Shown one piece after another: positions 62,601-64,000 of a stretch of DNA of 64,000 nucleotides (positions within the stretch are counted from its first letter, which is position 1; each line of letters begins with the position of its first letter). The position numbers were made by a program, and so were the translations under genes. The stretch is from the NCBI GenBank assembly GCA_951406725.2, contig OX597814.1, positions 20,770,001 to 20,834,000 of the forward strand. Direction: 5' to 3'. Source of the DNA: Octopus vulgaris (lineage: Eukaryota). The notes under the pieces are model-generated. The model saw only the letters and a list, made by a program, of their open reading frames with translations, did not search any database and was not told the origin of the DNA.

Positions 62601-63654
62601 GCTGGACAGGTAGAAGACTACCCCAGGCTACTGTGTATGTTTTGGCAGGGTGCCCTTCCTAACACCAACCACTATGCAGAGTGAACTCAGTGCTTTTTAC
62701 ATGGCATAAGCACAGGCAAGGTTAGTTTTAGCATTATTTTTACAGTTGGATGCCATTCCAAATACCAACCACTTTACAGTGTGCACTAGATGCTTTTTTA
62801 CATGGCACCAGCATTGGTACCAAGTAATTTGCAAGACAAGGAATTTTGAGAGCGGTAATCTGATTATAACACACCAAGGGGGATTTGGACCAGCAAAATA
62901 CTCACAGGGTTGGTTTTCTGTGTGTACACAACCGGAATATCCTATATGATACTTACCAACCATAGGCTCGAACCACAGGTTTATCCAACTCTACTTGGTG
63001 CATATCTTTACAAATACCTGATTCTATCTGAATCCTTATTTTATTCTGTGTGTGTGTGTGTGTGTGTGTATTTGTTGTTTTGTGAAGTTATGTATATGTA
63101 TAAGGGAAAGATTGACAGTGTTTGCAAGCCAGTGGGACTTGCTCAGGGTACTTCCATTTTTTTACAATAAACATACTGATTGCCTTGGACTCTTAGTGAA
63201 AAAGCACCCTTGGAGGAACCATGTGTGCCCAAACAACATTCTGGTTGTTTTAGTCCACACAGAGGTCATTCAAAAAGGTCACCAATCACTAACAGTAAAA
63301 GAACACAATGTTACACAACACTTAGAATAGTTACTGAGGAGTCAGCCCAGGTCTTATTTCAGTGCCCACAATAGAGTCAACTTTATTACAAGCAGTCTTT
63401 TATTTGACAAAGTTTTCACCCAGCATACGTAAAGATCTACACTTTCAATCTATATAACAATATTAGTATATTACATATAAATGTAAAGTCTATATATGAA
63501 TAATTTCTTCAAATATTGTAAATAGATGAATAAAGGAATCAGTAAAAAAAACTCACCTTGCAGATTTATCTCTTGAGTCACCCGATCAATAACCAATAAC
63601 TCATTAGTTACTGAATCTTTAGCTTCAATAATGAATTTTTCTGATGTAATATGC
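7590..63654 (-). CDS. SACM1L: SAC1/SACM1L phosphatidylinositol-4-phosphate phosphatase, spliced gene, 17 coding exons in window (5' exon outside window)
   Basis: Manual exon chaining with GT-AG boundaries and matching phases gives one uninterrupted frame of 1744 nt, colinear with human SAC1 from HITSEKF to VDAPRL; SAC motifs [58 protein letters not shown]. Confidence 0.98.
9480..9540 (-). CDS. SACM1L: SAC1 exon 17 (61 nt), TM1: [20 protein letters not shown]
   Basis: Hydrophobic, aligns to [20 protein letters not shown]; poly-T cag acceptor, gtaagt donor. Confidence 0.95.
9919..10120. mobile_element. piggyBac-type MITE
   Basis: TTAA flanks 9915-9918 and 10121-10124; imperfect TIR CCCTTCAG..CTAAAGAG; homologous to 17946-18166. 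Confidence 0.8.
11161..11597 (-). mobile_element. Two tandem SINE family B copies separated by a (TTA)n(TAA)n microsatellite
   Basis: Both contain GATGAAAG.CAAAGT.GACCT.GG.GGAATTTGAACT; microsatellite 11306-11377. Confidence 0.85.
11614..11845 (-). mobile_element. RTE-tail short element
   Basis: (CAT)n-TTAAC..CCATGCTGG.ATGGGTTGGATGG signature shared with RTE 3' ends; similar copies at ~15610-15840, 16830-16985, 23540-23780, 24735-24905, 31550-31820, 33670-33905, 51140-51300, 61105-61440, 62546-62830. Confidence 0.85.
14735..15600. mobile_element. SINE cluster: family A partial (-) 14735-14985 next to family A (+) 14990-15600, which contains family B (+) ~15017-15250
   Basis: Direct similarity to family A and B copies elsewhere in window. 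Confidence 0.88.
17012..17412 (-). mobile_element. SINE family A, young full-length copy with 9-bp TSD
   Basis: TSD GCCATATAC at 17003-17011 and 17413-17421; A-box-like TGGCTGTGTGG, B-box GGTTCAGTCCC, CORE-like CACCTTGGGCAAGTG, GTAAAAGA tail. Confidence 0.93.
17946..18166. mobile_element. piggyBac-type MITE, intact
   Basis: TTAA TSD both sides; TIR CCCTTTAG / CTAAAGGG. Confidence 0.92.
19245..19346 (-). CDS. SACM1L: SAC1 exon 16 (102 nt): [34 protein letters not shown]
   Basis: Within ORF 19215..19499; [15 protein letters not shown]; cag/gtaagt. Confidence 0.97.
20190..20500 (-). mobile_element. CR1-clade LINE 3' end
   Basis: ORF 20259..20534 [33 protein letters not shown], typical CR1 ORF2 C-terminus; (TTA)n tail. 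Confidence 0.9.
21070..21330 (+). mobile_element. Penelope-like RT thumb/linker relic
   Basis: Translates [22 protein letters not shown] and RKRNITWY, resembling PLE motifs I.KRLS.LSS.E..F and R.RNI.WFNPP. Confidence 0.6.
26128..27037 (+). mobile_element. Probable solo LTR (~910 bp)
   Basis: Starts TGTGGCG, ends CACCATA (degenerate inverse), flanks GAAA/GAAC; several blocks homologous to LTR 38348-39262; similar length. Right end is tentative. Confidence 0.7.
26199..26325 (+). promoter_or_regulatory. LTR core promoter: reverse CCAAT, TATA, Inr
   Basis: ATTGG 26199, TATAAAA 26292-26298, TCAGT 26321-26325 (31 nt from TATA T to Inr A); same layout in the 38.5-kb LTR. Confidence 0.6.
27206..27299 (-). 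CDS. SACM1L: SAC1 exon 15 (94 nt): [31 protein letters not shown]
   Basis: RY..NNF.DGFRQ; aag acceptor, gtaatt donor. Confidence 0.96.
27546..27618 (-). CDS. SACM1L: SAC1 exon 14 (73 nt): [24 protein letters not shown](R)
   Basis: [17 protein letters not shown]; tag/gtatgt. Confidence 0.97.
27675..28001 (-). mobile_element. RTE 3' end fragment
   Basis: (GAT)n tail, 3' UTR and last codons homologous to 44330-45145. Confidence 0.85.
28002..28305. repeat. 39-bp minisatellite, 7 full units plus one partial
   Basis: Unit RAAAGGAACTCAGCCACCTCACCTCTGTGAGGCCCATTY starting at 28002, 28041, 28080, 28119, 28158, 28197, 28236, 28278. Confidence 0.97.
28425..28494 (-). CDS. SACM1L: SAC1 exon 13 (70 nt): [23 protein letters not shown]
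   Basis: Aligns to [23 protein letters not shown]; tag/gtaagt; alternative in-frame cag 9 nt inside. Confidence 0.9.
28910..29280 (+). mobile_element. CR1-clade LINE 3' end, inverted relative to 20190-20500
   Basis: CAGCTCCCATGACTTTCGGAAACATTTTTTCACGCT.AGAGTTG and GTGCACCTGAGCACT shared; (TTA)n tail. Confidence 0.9.
30598..30736 (-). CDS. SACM1L: SAC1 exon 12 (139 nt), catalytic: [46 protein letters not shown]
   Basis: Intact CX5R(T) active site CIDCLDRT; tag/gtaagt. Confidence 0.98.
31902..32317 (+). mobile_element. SINE family A, young full-length copy
   Basis: Near-identical to reverse complement of 17012-17412. Confidence 0.93.
32379..32477 (-). CDS. SACM1L: SAC1 exon 11 (99 nt): [32 protein letters not shown](G)
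   Basis: AFDFH.EC.NMRW.RLSIL; cag/gtgagt. Confidence 0.97.
34450..34800 (+). mobile_element. Old CR1-group LINE C-terminal relic
   Basis: Translates [20 protein letters not shown], like SF.PRT..LWN.LP..DL..FK; similar relics on - at ~8800-9050 and ~21350-21620. Confidence 0.5.
36110..36189 (-). CDS. SACM1L: SAC1 exon 10 (80 nt): [26 protein letters not shown](R)
   Basis: tag acceptor, gttgta donor; phase 2 fits next exon. Confidence 0.92.
38348..39262 (+). mobile_element. Gypsy-type LTR (~915 bp) followed by PBS-like TGGTGACC (39266-39273)
   Basis: TG start, ATTGG, TATAAAA 38525, Inr TCAGT 38554, internal ~60-bp duplication (38932-38990 / 39070-39128), homology to 26128-27037. Confidence 0.75.
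39340..40150 (-). mobile_element. Ty3/Gypsy pol fragment (RT and N-terminal RNase H), frameshifted
   Basis: ORF 39787..40119 with [31 protein letters not shown]; downstream FLGLINFY and [14 protein letters not shown]. Confidence 0.95.
40267..40680 (+). mobile_element. SINE family A, young copy
   Basis: Near-identical to 31902-32317. Confidence 0.93.
40889..40957 (-). CDS. SACM1L: SAC1 exon 9 (69 nt): [23 protein letters not shown]
   Basis: Matches [23 protein letters not shown]; cag/gtatga. Confidence 0.96.
42631..42990 (+). mobile_element. SINE family A, 5'-truncated
   Basis: Begins at B-box ACATGGTTCCGGGTTCAGTCCC, ends GTAAAAGAG repeats. Confidence 0.92.
44321..46735 (-). mobile_element. 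5'-truncated RTE LINE (RT, PHD-like finger, C-terminus, repetitive 3' UTR)
   Basis: ORFs 46096..46533 ([29 protein letters not shown]), LLYADDL at ~45960-45980, 45586..45801, 45133..45393 ([10 protein letters not shown]); (GAT)n tail. Confidence 0.96.
46990..47076 (-). CDS. SACM1L: SAC1 exon 8 (87 nt): [29 protein letters not shown]
   Basis: [16 protein letters not shown]; cag/gtatgt. Confidence 0.97.
47948..48135 (-). CDS. SACM1L: SAC1 exon 7 (188 nt): [63 protein letters not shown]
   Basis: Within ORF 47852..48214; LISRRS..RAGTR and ANFVETEQ motifs; cag/gtaaat. Confidence 0.98.
49097..49348. mobile_element. hAT (Charlie/MER5-like) MITE
   Basis: TIR CAGTAGTTCTCAACC / GGTTGAAAACCACTG; 8-bp TSD not conserved. 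Confidence 0.8.
49651..49744 (-). CDS. SACM1L: SAC1 exon 6 (94 nt): [31 protein letters not shown]
   Basis: F.WN motif; cag acceptor, gtatct donor, phase 1. Confidence 0.95.
50742..50891 (-). CDS. SACM1L: SAC1 exon 5 (150 nt): [50 protein letters not shown]
   Basis: Within ORF 50715..50912; FYFS..DL.H.LQR motif; cag/gtaagc. Confidence 0.97.
52438..52565 (-). CDS. SACM1L: SAC1 exon 4 (128 nt): [43 protein letters not shown]
   Basis: Within ORF 52384..52584; cag acceptor, gtttgt donor. Confidence 0.96.
52900..53620 (+). mobile_element. Highly degenerate Penelope-like RT relic
   Basis: [10 protein letters not shown] near 53530-53560 resembles PLE LPFLD motif; rest decayed. Confidence 0.35.
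54382..54456 (-). CDS. SACM1L: SAC1 exon 3 (75 nt): [25 protein letters not shown]
   Basis: cag acceptor, gtaagt donor; matches PIFGILGTIHLVAG. Confidence 0.95.
54695..55150 (+). mobile_element. Internal RTE fragment
   Basis: ORF 54701..54895 ([13 protein letters not shown]); 55045-55150 is the reverse complement homolog of 46535-46640. Confidence 0.75.
55152..55318 (-). mobile_element. Helitron-like 5' fragment
   Basis: Minus strand begins A|TCTATTATATAAAATCCG..GTCTGTGTGTG..CCGATTGCGCTCAAATTTG, typical non-autonomous Helitron 5' end. Confidence 0.6.
55473..56007 (+). mobile_element. Non-autonomous Helitron, complete
   Basis: A|TC 5' end, subterminal hairpin CCCGAGC-AAC-GCCGGG 55980-55995, CTAG|T 3' end, no TSD; internal ~64-bp direct repeat 55620-55683 / 55853-55916; truncates a piggyBac-type MITE (55345-55472). 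Confidence 0.92.
56560..56695. repeat. Compound (TA)n/(TG)n microsatellite
   Basis: Direct reading; similar tracts at 53735-53800 and 54080-54200. Confidence 0.95.
58134..59616 (-). mobile_element. 5'-truncated RTE LINE of a second, GC-rich family with 7-bp TSD
   Basis: ORF 58709..59557 ([34 protein letters not shown]), 58241..58690 ([12 protein letters not shown]); TSD CAAATAA 58127-58133 / 59617-59623; CAAGTA-type tail. Confidence 0.95.
60400..61553. repeat. Foldback element with ~215-bp inverted arms; right arm interrupted by an RTE-tail insertion
   Basis: 60400-60515 pairs with 61440-61553; 60515-60613 pairs with 61021-61105. Confidence 0.9.
61768..62117. repeat. Foldback element with ~80-bp inverted arms (42-bp perfect core)
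   Basis: 61807-61848 is the exact reverse complement of 62040-62081. Confidence 0.93.
62227..62452 (-). mobile_element. SINE family B
   Basis: Near-identical to 1067-1285. Confidence 0.9.
63557..63654 (-). CDS. SACM1L: SAC1 exon 2 (98 nt): [32 protein letters not shown]
   Basis: tag acceptor, gtgagt donor; matches human HITPEKFYVEA..IDRVSTEV. Confidence 0.95.
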
Positions 63655-63807
63655 CTAGAAAATTTAATATTTTAAAATTAGGGAAAATGTTAAATTTTGG
63701 TTTGAATTTAAAACAGCTAAATATCAAAGTTATGCTTTAAAAACTAATAAAGTTTAAAGTAAATGAAATAATTTTGGAGAAATATGAATGCACTTCAGTT
63801 TCTTACA

Positions 63808-64000
63808 CTTTTACTTGTTTTAGTTATTAGACTGTGGCCATGAGGGAGCACTGCCTTGTAAGACTAATGTAACAAATCAACCCCAGTACTTATTTTAAGC
63901 CTGATACTTATTCTGTTGGTGCTTTTGCCAAACTGCTAAGTTACAGGGGTGTAAACTAACTAATACACATTGCAAAACAGTCAGGGTGGGTGGACACAAG
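63808..64000 (-). mobile_element. SINE family A tail, runs off window
   Basis: CTTTTACTTGTTT.AGT.ATTAGACTG.GGCCATG signature. Confidence 0.8.

Overview
AT-rich, repeat-dense eukaryotic (animal) genomic DNA; the abundant SINE/RTE families look like those of Octopus (inference). The window is occupied almost entirely by one minus-strand gene: SAC1/SACM1L phosphatidylinositol-4-phosphate phosphatase. I reconstructed 17 coding exons (63654 down to the stop at 7590), all GT-AG and phase-compatible, 1744 nt, ~580 codons. They include the catalytic CIDCLDRT motif and two C-terminal TM helices; the first exon lies beyond 64000. Introns hold tRNA-derived SINEs of two families, RTE and CR1 LINE fragments, Penelope-like relics, a Gypsy-derived element and a related solo LTR, Helitrons, piggyBac-type and hAT-type MITEs, and foldbacks. 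Most ORF-track entries are spurious or TE-derived. Best leads: (1) a genomic Ser (AGC, UAG context) at the conserved Gly of YAGTGALK that one A-to-I edit would restore; (2) a 1.83-kb Gypsy-derived element bounded by inverted copies of the same LTR end; (3) a 39-bp hairpin/donor-site array in the intron just before that exon; (4) LTR core promoters pointing antisense into SAC1 exons; (5) a GC-rich RTE that may be horizontally acquired; (6) loss of the canonical KxKxx retrieval motif; (7) hammerhead-like motifs in foldback elements. No prokaryote-style system (CRISPR etc.) is supported. Exon numbers assume one upstream exon outside the window.
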